DNA of 64,000 bases, taken from Candidatus Roizmanbacteria bacterium CG_4_9_14_0_2_um_filter_38_17 (GTDB taxonomy: Bacteria; Patescibacteriota; Microgenomatia; GCA-00278855). The notes beneath the pieces were generated by a model. That model made no database searches and was not told the DNA's origin. It saw only the letters and a program-made list of their open reading frames with translations. Positions 9,290 to 18,776 of this stretch are shown here, in pieces (within the stretch, counting starts at the first letter, position 1; the number at the start of each line of letters is the position of its first letter). The position numbers were made by a program, and so were the translations under genes. The DNA is taken from contig PFSB01000017.1 in assembly GCA_002788855.1 (NCBI GenBank), forward strand, positions 35,739 through 99,738, given 5' to 3'.

Positions 9290-10600
9290 TTATTTGTTAA
9301 TAATAAACAAAGTTTCCATTTTAGAAGAGAGTGAAGGGAAAAAACCATCCGTGAGATGTAGATTGTTCTTCTTGAAGAGATCTTTCCACCAAGTACGTGA
9401 GAAAACAGACACCCTTGATAGGTCGTGTCCATAAAATTTCTGCATCCACCAGTTTTCTGTTGTAAATACTTTATGAAAACAGTGTTTACGGCTTACTCGG
9501 CAACATTCTCTCAAGGCTTGGGGTAAATTATGCTCATCAATGTGGCTAAGTACGTTAAACGTAGCTACAACATCAAATGAATTGCTGTCATATGGAAGAT
9601 GAAGAATATCACCGTATTTGAGATGTTTTTTGATTCTTGGATTTGCTCTAGATAAAGCATATTTAGAAATCTCAATCCCCTTTGCATCAACTCCCAATAA
9701 CCTAAGGTAGTGCACTAAATGTCCAGTAGCACAGCCAACATCAAGCACTGATTTAGGCTTTAGAAATATTTTTATCATGAGAGCACGGTATATGTTGGCT
9801 AAATTGACTTTTAGTTTGCCCGTAAATTTAGTTGTGTATCCACGATACCCAACGCCTTCCTCATAGTATTCGCGGTTATAAAAAGATGCGTCAAGAGAAA
9901 ATGGAGAAATGACTGTTCCATGAAACTTCTTGCCAGTCATTAACTTTTCCATATTGGCAATATTTGTACCTCTTAGCACGATTACAGTAAGTCCGAGTTT
10001 TTGTGCTTCTTTGGCGGCAATTGGATCCCAAGGCACATTCATCCCTGGTGTCCATTCACTTCCAATAAGCCGGCGGAAGTATTTCCAGGTTGTGCGTTCT
10101 ATTGGGCGAGCATTTTTATCTATCCGAGGGTCTGCAGTATAGACCATATCTACGTTACTTAAGTTTATAAGAACTTTAGCCTTATGCATTTTAGCTAATA
10201 ACACTGCGCAGTAGTCTGTGGACCAGCCGGGTTTCCAGCCAGCAGCGACTACTACGGGTTCTTTTACGCCTGGTGCCATGCGATCATACTGATCAATGAT
10301 TTTAGTGTGGGCAATGTCTTTAAAGATTGTACGGATAAGATGGGCATTGATTCTAGTAGCATGAATACCTAGCCAGTCCAGGTCATCGCGGGTAACCTCG
10401 CCAATTACTTCATTTCCAGCATCGCGATAGCTTCTGGCAGTTGCCCCACCACCAGCAACAATAATAAATCGTCTGTTGTATTGGGTAATTTGAGTGCGAA
10501 TAAAGGTGTTAAAATCCTGGAGAAACTTGGTGTCTATTCCTCCGTTGGGAACAATTAATGATCCACCTAAGCTTAAAATAATTGTTTCTTCAAATGCCAT
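9290..10600 (-). CDS. pyrH: Archaeal-type UMP kinase (PyrH, amino-acid-kinase fold) fused to a C-terminal class I SAM-dependent methyltransferase
   Basis: The N-terminal 235 residues align motif-for-motif with archaeal UMPK (LGGS, VAGGGATAR, GWKPGWSTD, TADP). The C-terminal 190 residues carry the SAM-binding motif VLDVGCATG. Confidence 0.55.
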   Translation of the reverse strand: MAFEETIILSLGGSLIVPNGGIDTKFLQDFNTFIRTQITQYNRRFIIVAGGGATARSYRDAGNEVIGEVTRDDLDWLGIHATRINAHLIRTIFKDIAHTKIIDQYDRMAPGVKEPVVVAAGWKPGWSTDYCAVLLAKMHKAKVLINLSNVDMVYTADPRIDKNARPIERTTWKYFRRLIGSEWTPGMNVPWDPIAAKEAQKLGLTVIVLRGTNIANMEKLMTGKKFHGTVISPFSLDASFYNREYYEEGVGYRGYTTKFTGKLKVNLANIYRALMIKIFLKPKSVLDVGCATGHLVHYLRLLGVDAKGIEISKYALSRANPRIKKHLKYGDILHLPYDSNSFDVVATFNVLSHIDEHNLPQALRECCRVSRKHCFHKVFTTENWWMQKFYGHDLSRVSVFSRTWWKDLFKKNNLHLTDGFFPSLSSKMETLFIINK

Positions 10601-10800
10601 TTTTACCCATTAAAAAAGAGCCCGGAGGCCCTTAGTTTTGTGTTAATAACGTCCCATTGAGGACATTGCTTAAATTACAAACGATAATTTGATTCTGCAT
10701 AAACCTACTACCACTCCCTATGTATATATTATGTAATGTAATGGCAGAATAGCAGATTAATCCTTTCCCTGTCAACATTAGAGAATATTATACGTACAAT

Positions 10801-11910
10801 TTATGTATAAAGCAACTTCGTGGAGACAAAGTTCTTCATTTTAGTCTGGAAGATTTCTTTTGAGAAATTGTTGGCATGTTTTATACAGTCTTCTTTTCTT
10901 ATATTTAGTTTATCTAGTTTTTTCATTGCGGCAACAACTATTTCTAAATTTAACTCATCAAATAACACTCCTGTCTTGCCCTCTATAATTGTTTCTGGTA
11001 CTCCTCCGCTTCTTAGAGCTACTACCGGAATTCCATAGCCCATTGCCTCAACTGGGACAATTCCAAATTCTTCATCTTTAGCAGGAAAGATTAAAGCTTT
11101 CGCATTGGCATAAATAGAAGGTAGGTCTTTATCAGCTATCTCTCCTAAGAAAGTGACCAGAGACGGCGTTTTTACTTTAGATCGCAAATATTCTTCATCA
11201 GGTCCCTTACCTACGATAATTAACTGTTTATTGAGTTTTTGACAAGCTTCGATTGCCAAATCTATGTGTTTAGCTCGAGCCAAACGAGACACAACCAGGT
11301 AATAATCGCCAACACACTCTAAGTGTGTGTTTATATTAATCTTAACTGGTGGGTAGATTACTGTTGATTTGTGGCGGTAAAATTTAGTAATTCTCTTTTG
11401 TGTTTCTTTGGAGTTAGCAATAAAGTAATTAACGCTTTGGGCTATATTGAAATCATAGAGACGTAAAAAATGATTAACAATATAGCTGTATAGGCGCACA
11501 ACTTTGTACTTATTCCAGTTTCGTGCCGTATCATAGCCATAGAGATAACGAGGTGGAGTGTGTAGATATGAAATGTGTGTAGTGATTTTGGGATTGGTAA
11601 TAATTCCCCGAGGCATGTACCAAGCAGAAGAGCTGATTACGACGTCGTAGTCAGAAAAATCGAAATATTTCCAGACCCAGGGAGTTAAAAATCTAAGGGG
11701 TGAGTGGAATTTTTTTACAAACCAATTTCGCTCCACCCAGGAAGTTCGAATATCCCAGGTTTTAATTCTCTCAGCGTGTGGCCCCAATCCATCCCAGTTT
11801 ACAAAAGCGGTATAAATAGGTGCTTTTGGCCAGATTTCATGCATTGCCTCAAGCACTCTTTCTGCTCCACCATAGACCTGTAGATAATCATGAACTAGTG
11901 CTAGTTTCAT
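10801..11910 (-). CDS. GT4-family (group 1) glycosyltransferase
   Basis: It has the E-x7-E motif region (EEFGIVPVEAMGYGIPVVALRSGGVPE). Confidence 0.7.
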   Translation of the reverse strand: MKLALVHDYLQVYGGAERVLEAMHEIWPKAPIYTAFVNWDGLGPHAERIKTWDIRTSWVERNWFVKKFHSPLRFLTPWVWKYFDFSDYDVVISSSAWYMPRGIITNPKITTHISYLHTPPRYLYGYDTARNWNKYKVVRLYSYIVNHFLRLYDFNIAQSVNYFIANSKETQKRITKFYRHKSTVIYPPVKININTHLECVGDYYLVVSRLARAKHIDLAIEACQKLNKQLIIVGKGPDEEYLRSKVKTPSLVTFLGEIADKDLPSIYANAKALIFPAKDEEFGIVPVEAMGYGIPVVALRSGGVPETIIEGKTGVLFDELNLEIVVAAMKKLDKLNIRKEDCIKHANNFSKEIFQTKMKNFVSTKLLYT

Positions 11911-12353
11911 TTTAGAAATAGTGCTTTGGTAAATGCTTGCTTGTCATTGTCATGGGTTAGGATTCTTAGAACCTCATCAGGAAATATGAACTTTGCTTCG
12001 GAAACTTCCCAGTCGTGATCTTCAGGATTACCTGAAACATATTCCATAAGATAGTAGTGCACTGTCTTATCTATTAAACAATCTTCCCATTGATATTTAT
12101 ATTTTACCAATGGGAGCTTTTTTATAATTTTAGCCTTAATCCCTCCCTCTTCCCCTACTTCGCGAAGTGCTGCTTGTTCAATTGATTCATCGGCAATTTC
12201 ATCACCCACTAAGCCCTTAGGAAAACTCCAGTGACCAAACTGAGAGTGTTGAGTGATTAACCACAAAAGTGGTTGATCACGAAATCCTGAGCCTTGCGAA
12301 GGACTTTCCTTGCATACTATCCCCCCTGCTGAAATTTCTATTTTATTCTTCAT
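11907..12353 (-). CDS. NUDIX hydrolase
   Basis: It has a Nudix box (REVGEEGGI). Its start overlaps the GT4 gene. Confidence 0.7.
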   Translation of the reverse strand: MKNKIEISAGGIVCKESPSQGSGFRDQPLLWLITQHSQFGHWSFPKGLVGDEIADESIEQAALREVGEEGGIKAKIIKKLPLVKYKYQWEDCLIDKTVHYYLMEYVSGNPEDHDWEVSEAKFIFPDEVLRILTHDNDKQAFTKALFLK

Positions 12354-12375
12354 AGTTCGCTTAACTTGTTTTATT

Positions 12376-13305
12376 TTACAGCATTTCTAGTTGCTGGTTA
12401 TCCTCTTTCTCAACAATTTCTGGTTCTGGTTTTGTTGGTTGATATAACTTTTTAACGCGCGCCCAATGAGAGCGGAAGGCAAGTTTGTCAAAATGTTCTT
12501 TGGTTTCAACTGTGTCAAGGCGGCTTAATTTAGCAGTATTTAGATCAAGATCTATGTCAATATCTATAACAATTTGAGCTAATTTTTTAGCCATGAGGAC
12601 GTCTTTTTTAGAATCGGATAATAATTTTTGCTGTCTACCGCTTAGCTCTTGTAGATGATTATATACTTCCTCTAAAGAACTGTATTTAGTTATTAACTCG
12701 CTTGCAGATTTTGGACCGATCCCTTTAACACCTGGGTAATTATCTGAAGGATCACCCATAAGCGCTTTATAGTCAACCATTTGTTGAGGGTGAATTTTAT
12801 ATTTTTCCTCCACCTCTGTTTCACCAAATAATTTTCCTTGAGCTATACCTTTTACGGGCATATACACTTTTGTTTTTTGACTGACCAACTGTAATAAATC
12901 TCGATCTCCGGTAATAATAACTGTTTCTAGATTTCTGCTCTGGGCGAGGTTGGCCAAAGTTCCAATAATGTCATCTGCCTCATAACCTGCTTGCTCATAA
13001 ATAGGAATTCTAAGAGTATGTAGAAGTTCTTTAGTAGGCTTGATCTGGGAAATTAAATTGTCTGGTGTGAGTTTGCGCTGGACTCGGTAGTTTTCATATA
13101 ACTTATCTCTAAAAGTCGGCAAGGGCAAATCAAAGGCACAGATTATATATGCGGGATTAAATAATTCTATAAAGCTGAGTAACATTTGGGTAAATCCGTA
13201 AATAGCATTTATGGATGTCTTATCTTTTAGAGTTAATGTTTCGGGGAGTGCATAAAAAGCACGGTATAGTATCGCGTTGGAGTCGATTAGCAGCAGTTTT
13301 TCCAT
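12376..13305 (-). CDS. 5'-3' exonuclease (stand-alone Pol I N-terminal / FEN-like domain)
   Basis: The N-terminus LLIDSNAILYRAFYALP and an H3TH region are present; there is no polymerase domain. Confidence 0.8.
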   Translation of the reverse strand: MEKLLLIDSNAILYRAFYALPETLTLKDKTSINAIYGFTQMLLSFIELFNPAYIICAFDLPLPTFRDKLYENYRVQRKLTPDNLISQIKPTKELLHTLRIPIYEQAGYEADDIIGTLANLAQSRNLETVIITGDRDLLQLVSQKTKVYMPVKGIAQGKLFGETEVEEKYKIHPQQMVDYKALMGDPSDNYPGVKGIGPKSASELITKYSSLEEVYNHLQELSGRQQKLLSDSKKDVLMAKKLAQIVIDIDIDLDLNTAKLSRLDTVETKEHFDKLAFRSHWARVKKLYQPTKPEPEIVEKEDNQQLEML

Positions 13306-13308
13306 ATA

Positions 13309-15180
13309 TTAGTCTTTTTTCATTAGACTATCTAACTCTTCACCGTCCAAAGTCTCTTTTATAAGCAACTCTTTGGCCAAGCGGTCAAGCTTAAGCTTAT
13401 GCTTTTTTAATAATTGCTTTGCATCTGTGTATGCATTATCTATAATTAACTTTACCTCTTGGTCAATTAAAGACTGCATTTGCGGACTTATCTGCGGTTG
13501 CTCAAAATATCCTTTTCCTATCTCAACTTCCTGCATCTGGGATCCAAAGTCTATTGGACCAAGCTTGCTCATACCAAAATCCAGAACCATTGCGCGGGCT
13601 ATTCTGGTGGATACATCGATGTCACTAGAGGCGCCAGATGTCATCTCTGAAAATATGAGCTCCTCTGCAGCACGCCCGCCTAGCAATGTTCTAATCTGAG
13701 CAAGTAATCGGGTTTTTGTTTCGTGGGTTCTATCGGTTTCGGGAACAATTAAATTAAAACCTAATGCGCGACCACGAGACACAATGGAAATTCGGTGCAC
13801 TGGATCCGTGTCTTCCTGTACGTATGACATAACTGCGTGACCAGCTTCATGGTAAGCCGTCATTTTGCGGTCTTCATCCGATTGTAACCGCTTTTTTTCT
13901 GGTCCCAACTTAACTTTAGTAGCCGCTTCTTCAATGTGTTCCATGTTTATCTTTAGCTTATTCTCGCGAGCCGTAAGAATAGCTGCCTCATTCATCATGT
14001 TTTCAATATCTGCTCCGGAAAAACCTACTGTGCGGCGCGCCACTTTTTTCCAGTTAATACTTTTTACAAATGGTTTGCCTTTTGCATGTATCATGGCAAT
14101 TTCTTGTCTACCTTCAATGTCTGGTAAATCCAGCTGGATGCGTCGGTCAAAACGACCAGGTCGAAGTAATGCTGAGTCCAGCATGTCTCCACGGTTGGTT
14201 GCAGCAATTACAATAACGCTTTCATTGGGCTCAAAACCGTCCATTTCTACCAACATCTGGTTGAGTGTCTGCTCCCTTTCATCATGACCTCCCATCGCTC
14301 CGACGGAGCGCGTACGGCCAATTGCATCAACTTCATCAATAAAAATAATCGAAGGAGCCTGTTTTTTAGCGGTCTTAAACAGGTCCCGCATTCGGGCACT
14401 CCCTACTCCAACTAACATTTCCATAAATTCTGAGCCAGCCATGGAGAAAAAAGGCACCTTGGCTTCTCCAGCTACAGCTTTAGCAAGTAGAGTTTTACCA
14501 GTCCCCGATGGGCCAACAAGCAATACTCCTTTGGGAGTACGTGCTCCAACACTTGCGTATTTCTTCGGGTGCTTTAGAAAGTCTACAATTTCTTCCATTT
14601 CTTTTTTGGCTTCTTGGATACCCGCAATGTCTTTAAAGGTGATTTTGGGTTTTTCCTGATCAAATAGTTTGGCAGTAGATTGACCAAAAGAAAAAATTGA
14701 GCTTTGTGCCCCTTTAGCCTGGCGGAAGATAAAAAAGAAGAAGCCAACCATAAGCAAGATTGGTAATATATTTATAACCAGGTCAATAAAAGGTACATTA
14801 AAAAAACTATCTCCCTCGATTTCAATCTCAAGCCTTTTTGGATCTATCTGGGCATTTTGCAGGATCTCTACAAAAGAAGCCTGGGGTTCTTTAAAGGATT
14901 CAAACTTGTCTCCACCATTATATTCAGCAGTAACTTTACGTTCCTCAACCATTACTTTTTTGATTTTGCCAGCCTTGATATCTGTCAACACGCTGGAGAG
15001 AGGCTTTTTTTCTAATTCTTGAGATGCTTGATTTAAGCTGGCTAAAAAAGATAGCGCAAAGAATAAGATTAATCCCCACAAAAAAAGATTTTTGATATTA
15101 AGATTTAATTTAAACTCCTTACGAATCTTTTTAATTCCCAAAGATGGTTGTTTCTTAACATTGGTAGGCGCCTGTTTCAC
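13309..15180 (-). CDS. ftsH: ATP-dependent zinc metalloprotease FtsH
   Basis: It has a transmembrane N-terminus, the AAA Walker A GPSGTGKT, a second region of homology, and the HEAGHA zinc motif. Confidence 0.9.
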   Translation of the reverse strand: MKQAPTNVKKQPSLGIKKIRKEFKLNLNIKNLFLWGLILFFALSFLASLNQASQELEKKPLSSVLTDIKAGKIKKVMVEERKVTAEYNGGDKFESFKEPQASFVEILQNAQIDPKRLEIEIEGDSFFNVPFIDLVINILPILLMVGFFFFIFRQAKGAQSSIFSFGQSTAKLFDQEKPKITFKDIAGIQEAKKEMEEIVDFLKHPKKYASVGARTPKGVLLVGPSGTGKTLLAKAVAGEAKVPFFSMAGSEFMEMLVGVGSARMRDLFKTAKKQAPSIIFIDEVDAIGRTRSVGAMGGHDEREQTLNQMLVEMDGFEPNESVIVIAATNRGDMLDSALLRPGRFDRRIQLDLPDIEGRQEIAMIHAKGKPFVKSINWKKVARRTVGFSGADIENMMNEAAILTARENKLKINMEHIEEAATKVKLGPEKKRLQSDEDRKMTAYHEAGHAVMSYVQEDTDPVHRISIVSRGRALGFNLIVPETDRTHETKTRLLAQIRTLLGGRAAEELIFSEMTSGASSDIDVSTRIARAMVLDFGMSKLGPIDFGSQMQEVEIGKGYFEQPQISPQMQSLIDQEVKLIIDNAYTDAKQLLKKHKLKLDRLAKELLIKETLDGEELDSLMKKD

Positions 15181-15246
15181 GCAGCAATTATACTATGAAC
15201 ACATGTTCTAGAGCTTAGGCACACTTTACTGTATAATAAAGTTTAT

Positions 15247-15516
15247 ATGGTTAAAGTACAGAATTTTAAAGTCGTTATTGAGCAAGACGAGAATGGCTAT
15301 TTTGTAGCTGATGTGCCCTCTATTCCTGGTTGCCATAGTCAAGGTGAATCTTATAAGGAAGCTATTGACAACGTTAGAGAAGCTATTGAACTATGTCTCG
15401 AAGTTGCTGAGGAAAATACGGACTATAAGTCAAAAATTGAGTTTGAAGAAGATACTACACCAAGCCGCTTTCTAGGAATAGCCCATGTTCCAGTTAGATT
15501 CCAGTTTTCTAAATAA
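15247..15516 (+). CDS. hicB: HicB-like antitoxin, second copy
   Basis: It is paralogous to 5650-5919 (VIEQDENGYFVADVPSIPGCHSQGES). Confidence 0.6.
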   Translation: MVKVQNFKVVIEQDENGYFVADVPSIPGCHSQGESYKEAIDNVREAIELCLEVAEENTDYKSKIEFEEDTTPSRFLGIAHVPVRFQFSK

Positions 15517-15740
15517 TGCCAAAGCTTTCCCCAGTTAAATCCAGAAAACTAATTAAATATTTGCAAAAACTAGGTTTTGAAGAAATAAGACAAAAGGGTA
15601 GTCATAAGTTTTTTTCTCATACAGATGGAAGAACTACAGTTGTTCCATTTCATCCAGTAGCAGATATTAGACCAGGTTTGTTACGAAAAATTCTTCAAGA
15701 CAGGTTGGTCTCTCCCAAAACATATCTACGAACAAAATAA
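15516..15740 (+). CDS. hicA: HicA-like toxin, second copy
   Basis: The translation reads KLIKYLQKLGFEEIRQKGSHKFF. It is contiguous with the hicB-like gene (its start at 15516 is the last base of the hicB stop). Confidence 0.6.
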   Translation: MPKLSPVKSRKLIKYLQKLGFEEIRQKGSHKFFSHTDGRTTVVPFHPVADIRPGLLRKILQDRLVSPKTYLRTK

Positions 15741-15763
15741 ACCATCTTAATTCAATTTACCTC

Positions 15764-16054
15764 TTGACAATATATCAGTATACTAGTACAATAGTACGCA
15801 TTATGGATAAAAGACTGAAATACCTAATCAATTCTCTCTTAGCAATAAAAACAGACAAAGCGATGTATGATTTTTTGCTAGGGATATTGACTCCACGAGA
15901 GTTACAGGAGTTACCATCGAGATTGGAGATAGTTAAGCTGCTTAAACAGGGAGTTCCACAGCATCGGATTGCAGAAACCTTGGGAACTGGGGTGGCAACA
16001 GTAACTAGAGGCTCAAAAGAGATTCAAAAAGGAAGATTTAAGAATATTACCTAA
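15764..16054 (+). CDS. TrpR / YerC-YecD family helix-turn-helix protein
   Basis: The translation has the LTPRE...RLEIVKLL...RIAETLG-type HTH. It sits immediately upstream of trpS. Confidence 0.5.
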   Translation: MTIYQYTSTIVRIMDKRLKYLINSLLAIKTDKAMYDFLLGILTPRELQELPSRLEIVKLLKQGVPQHRIAETLGTGVATVTRGSKEIQKGRFKNIT

Positions 16055-16215
16055 TGAAACAAACTAAACGTAAACATATTGGAATTATAGGAGGCGTTGG
16101 TCCTCAAGCAACGCTTGAGCTGGCAATTAACTATGAAGCAGTGGCACCACGTATGATAAACTCTATGGAAGTATTGGCAAAAGAAATTGTAAAGAGTTAT
16201 TACGAGCAAAATTAA
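16054..16215 (+). pseudogene. N-terminal fragment (53 codons) of an Asp/Glu/hydantoin-racemase-family gene
   Basis: The translation begins MKQTKRKHIGIIGGVGPQATLEL, matching the racemase N-terminal motif, and stops after about 50 residues. It is not in the ORF track because it is under 60 aa. Confidence 0.35.
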
Positions 16216-16224
16216 TTAAATAAC

Positions 16225-17247
16225 ATGAATAAAAAAAGAGTGTTATCTGGAATTCGTGCCACAGGCAGACTCCACTTGGGAAATTATCTAGGAGCAGTAA
16301 AGGGAATGCTTGCTTTGCAAGATAATAAGGAATATGAGACTTTGTTCTTTGTAGTTGACCTGCATACCATGACTACGCCGTATGACCCAGCTACTCTTTC
16401 AACTGCCACGAATGAAATTATACTTGATTATTTAGCGAGTGGACTTGATCCAAAGATAAGTGCAATCTTTGTTCAGTCAGATCTGGCTGATTTACATACG
16501 CAACTAATGTTTTATGTCTCCACCTCGGTGAGTATTGCCAGAATGCAGCATTTACCAACATTTAAAGACAAAGTTAAACAACACCCTAAGGGTGTCACCA
16601 TGGCTTTACTAAACTACCCTATTTTAATGGCGGCAGATATTTTGATTTACAAAGCATCCAAAGTTCCAGTGGGGATTGACCAAGAACCTCACCTAGAAAT
16701 TGCACGTGAGATTGCACGCAAAATGAATTCTCTTTATGGATTAGATTTTCCAGAACCAACTCGTTTTGCTACCAAGGGTGAATATATTCCTAGTTTAACT
16801 GGAGAAGGAAAGATGAGTAAAAGCGTGGAGGGTAGCTTTATTAATCTTACAGATGACTTAGATACGATAAAAAAACATCTAGCCTCAGCTCCAACTGATT
16901 CGGGTCAAGAAGATAAAGTTCCTTCTGTTGGTGGGGTAGCTAATTTGTTAACTTTTGTTGAGTTGTTTCAAGGAACAGACAAAAAAAAAGAGTATGAAAA
17001 ACAATATACAGGGACAGGAATTCGCTATGGAGATTTAAAAGCTGAACTGGCAGAAGCTATTTTTGAGGAATTAAAACCTATTCAAGCCAAACGCAAAGAA
17101 TTTGAGAGTGATCCAAAGAGAGTTAGGCAAATCTTGGATGAAGGTGCTCAGAAAGCCCGTATAATCGCATCCGCAACCATCAAGGAAGTTAAATCCGCAA
17201 TGGGCCTTAAGCAGCTAGAAACCCACTCCTGGAGTGGGTTAGGTTGA
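16225..17247 (+). CDS. trpS: Tryptophan--tRNA ligase
   Basis: It has the HIGH-type motif (GRLHLGN) and KMSKS. Confidence 0.9.
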   Translation: MNKKRVLSGIRATGRLHLGNYLGAVKGMLALQDNKEYETLFFVVDLHTMTTPYDPATLSTATNEIILDYLASGLDPKISAIFVQSDLADLHTQLMFYVSTSVSIARMQHLPTFKDKVKQHPKGVTMALLNYPILMAADILIYKASKVPVGIDQEPHLEIAREIARKMNSLYGLDFPEPTRFATKGEYIPSLTGEGKMSKSVEGSFINLTDDLDTIKKHLASAPTDSGQEDKVPSVGGVANLLTFVELFQGTDKKKEYEKQYTGTGIRYGDLKAELAEAIFEELKPIQAKRKEFESDPKRVRQILDEGAQKARIIASATIKEVKSAMGLKQLETHSWSGLG

Positions 17248-17369
17248 CACCTAAGGATTTAGTCCTTAAATTCTTTCTACAAGAGCAAACCTTGTGGGAT
17301 TTAAAACCTTGTGGGATTTAAGCATGATCTATGTTGTCCTCGTTGTATAATAAATGGGTTCATTGATAA

Positions 17370-17442
17370 TGCGGGGTAGTGTACGGTTGCACAGGAGGCT
17401 CATAATCTCCTAGACTAGGTTCGACCCCTAGCCCCGCAACCA
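17370..17442 (+). tRNA. tRNA with CAU anticodon (Met / fMet / Ile2 not distinguishable by eye); CCA encoded
   Basis: A manual fold gives acceptor stem tgcgggg/ccccgca, a D-arm, anticodon loop cuCAUaa, a TUC-loop ttcgacc, and a U1-A72 pair. An extended -10 box TGTATAAT lies at 17346-17353. Confidence 0.65.
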
Positions 17443-17525
17443 GATTTATTTAAAGCCATCCTTCAAGATGGTTTTTTTGTGGTAATAATTGCCCCGGGAG
17501 TTAGTTCACTGTAAAATGAAGCATA

Positions 17526-17598
17526 GGCCAGTGTAGCTCAGTTGGTAGAGCAAAGGAATCATAAACCTTCGGTCGCAGGTTCGAGTCCTGCCACTGGC
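17526..17598 (+). tRNA. tRNA with CAU anticodon (second copy; Met-type)
   Basis: The acceptor stem is gccagtg/cactggc, the D-arm is tagctcagttggtagagc, the anticodon loop is auCAUaa, and the T-arm is gcagg-ttcgagt-cctgc. Confidence 0.7.
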
Positions 17599-17599
17599 A

Positions 17600-18277
17600 C
17601 TATTTTCCAAAGTTTCTCTTTTGCTGGGAGTACCAATCTAGGGATTTGTTAAATTCTTCTACAGTAAAATCCGGCCAGAAAGTTGGAGTAAAGTAGAGTT
17701 CAGTATCTGCAATCTGCCAGGGTAAAAAGTCCGATAATCTTTGCTGCCCACCAGTTCTAATTAATAAGTCTGGATCGGGTTGTCCGGCTGTATCTAAATA
17801 CTGCCCAAACTCCTCCTCTGTAATCTCTTTGTGATCTTTGGGTAATTTATTAATGGCTCTAAGTATTTCATCTCTACCGCCATAAGACATTGCAAAGTTG
17901 ACAGTTATTTTAGTGTTGTTTTTGCTTTGTTCAACCCAACTATTGGTCATATCTTGGATATCTTTGGGAAATAAAGAGAGATTTCCCAGTACTTTAATAC
18001 GTATATTCTTGCGGTAGTACTTATTTACTTTCCTATTTAAACTTGTGCGAAACAAGTTTAATAAAAATTTAATTTCTTCTGGTTTTCTGTTCCAGTTTTT
18101 TATTGCAAGTGCCCAAAAGGTCAAATTCTGGATTCCTAGCTCTATAGAACGATCGATTATTGATTCAATTTTGCTCTCGCCAGTTAAATGTCCTTTAAAT
18201 TTTGGTAGCCTTTTTTCTTTTGCCCAGCGACGATTACCGTCCATGATTAAAGCTACGTGACTAGGTAAGTGTTCCAT
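17600..18277 (-). CDS. uppS: Undecaprenyl-diphosphate synthase (cis-isoprenyl transferase)
   Basis: It has HVALIMDGNRRWAK and DLLIRTGG...RLSDFLPWQ motifs. The likely start is MEHLPS; the tracked ORF extends upstream. Confidence 0.85.
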   Translation of the reverse strand: MEHLPSHVALIMDGNRRWAKEKRLPKFKGHLTGESKIESIIDRSIELGIQNLTFWALAIKNWNRKPEEIKFLLNLFRTSLNRKVNKYYRKNIRIKVLGNLSLFPKDIQDMTNSWVEQSKNNTKITVNFAMSYGGRDEILRAINKLPKDHKEITEEEFGQYLDTAGQPDPDLLIRTGGQQRLSDFLPWQIADTELYFTPTFWPDFTVEEFNKSLDWYSQQKRNFGK

Positions 18278-18346
18278 AAGTTTAGTATAGCAGATATTAA
18301 AAGCCAAGCTATCCACTAAAGTGTAAAGCTCGGCTGATATCTGCTC

Positions 18347-18691
18347 TTACAAAAATAGATTGAGCCATTCTCTCCAGATAGGAATTTCAGCTTTCATGTT
18401 TTTTTCATTCAGAGAACGATCAGACTTCGACTGAGGTATGACATAAGCAGTCTCCCCTGCTTTTCCTAGTCCTAGTTTTTCACGAGCTATTTCTTCAATA
18501 TATTCTCTACTTTGAATGTGCTGGTATTCTTCACGAAGTAGTGCATTTTCCTCTTGAACCTCATGAAGTCTTTCTTGTGCCTTATTTACCAACTGACTAC
18601 GCGTAGACAAATCTATGATTGAGCGGGAAAGGTTAACAATTAGAACGATCCCGATAATAATAATTATCCAGCTTATTGTTTTTGCATTCAT
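18347..18691 (-). CDS. FtsB/DivIC-like septum-formation initiator (single TM plus coiled coil)
   Basis: There is an N-terminal transmembrane helix followed by a heptad-rich segment (LHEVQEENALLREEYQ). Confidence 0.45.
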   Translation of the reverse strand: MNAKTISWIIIIIGIVLIVNLSRSIIDLSTRSQLVNKAQERLHEVQEENALLREEYQHIQSREYIEEIAREKLGLGKAGETAYVIPQSKSDRSLNEKNMKAEIPIWREWLNLFL

Positions 18692-18776
18692 TAGGTGATT
18701 AGTTTATTATATTTATCTAAAATCAAGCATAAAAAGCATTGACGTTCATTTAATAGCATGCTATTATAGGCTAGTC

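Noticed and set aside
10601-10800. Possible hairpin or terminator at 10611-10640 (GAGCCCGGAGGCCC)
   Set aside because: On checking base by base, the arms are not complementary; it is only GC-rich.
13373-14659. Several 70-140-aa ORFs antisense to ftsH (13373-13699, 13865-14287, 14441-14659)
   Set aside because: They are antisense to a high-confidence conserved gene. They are a typical artefact of an A/T-poor third position on the coding strand.
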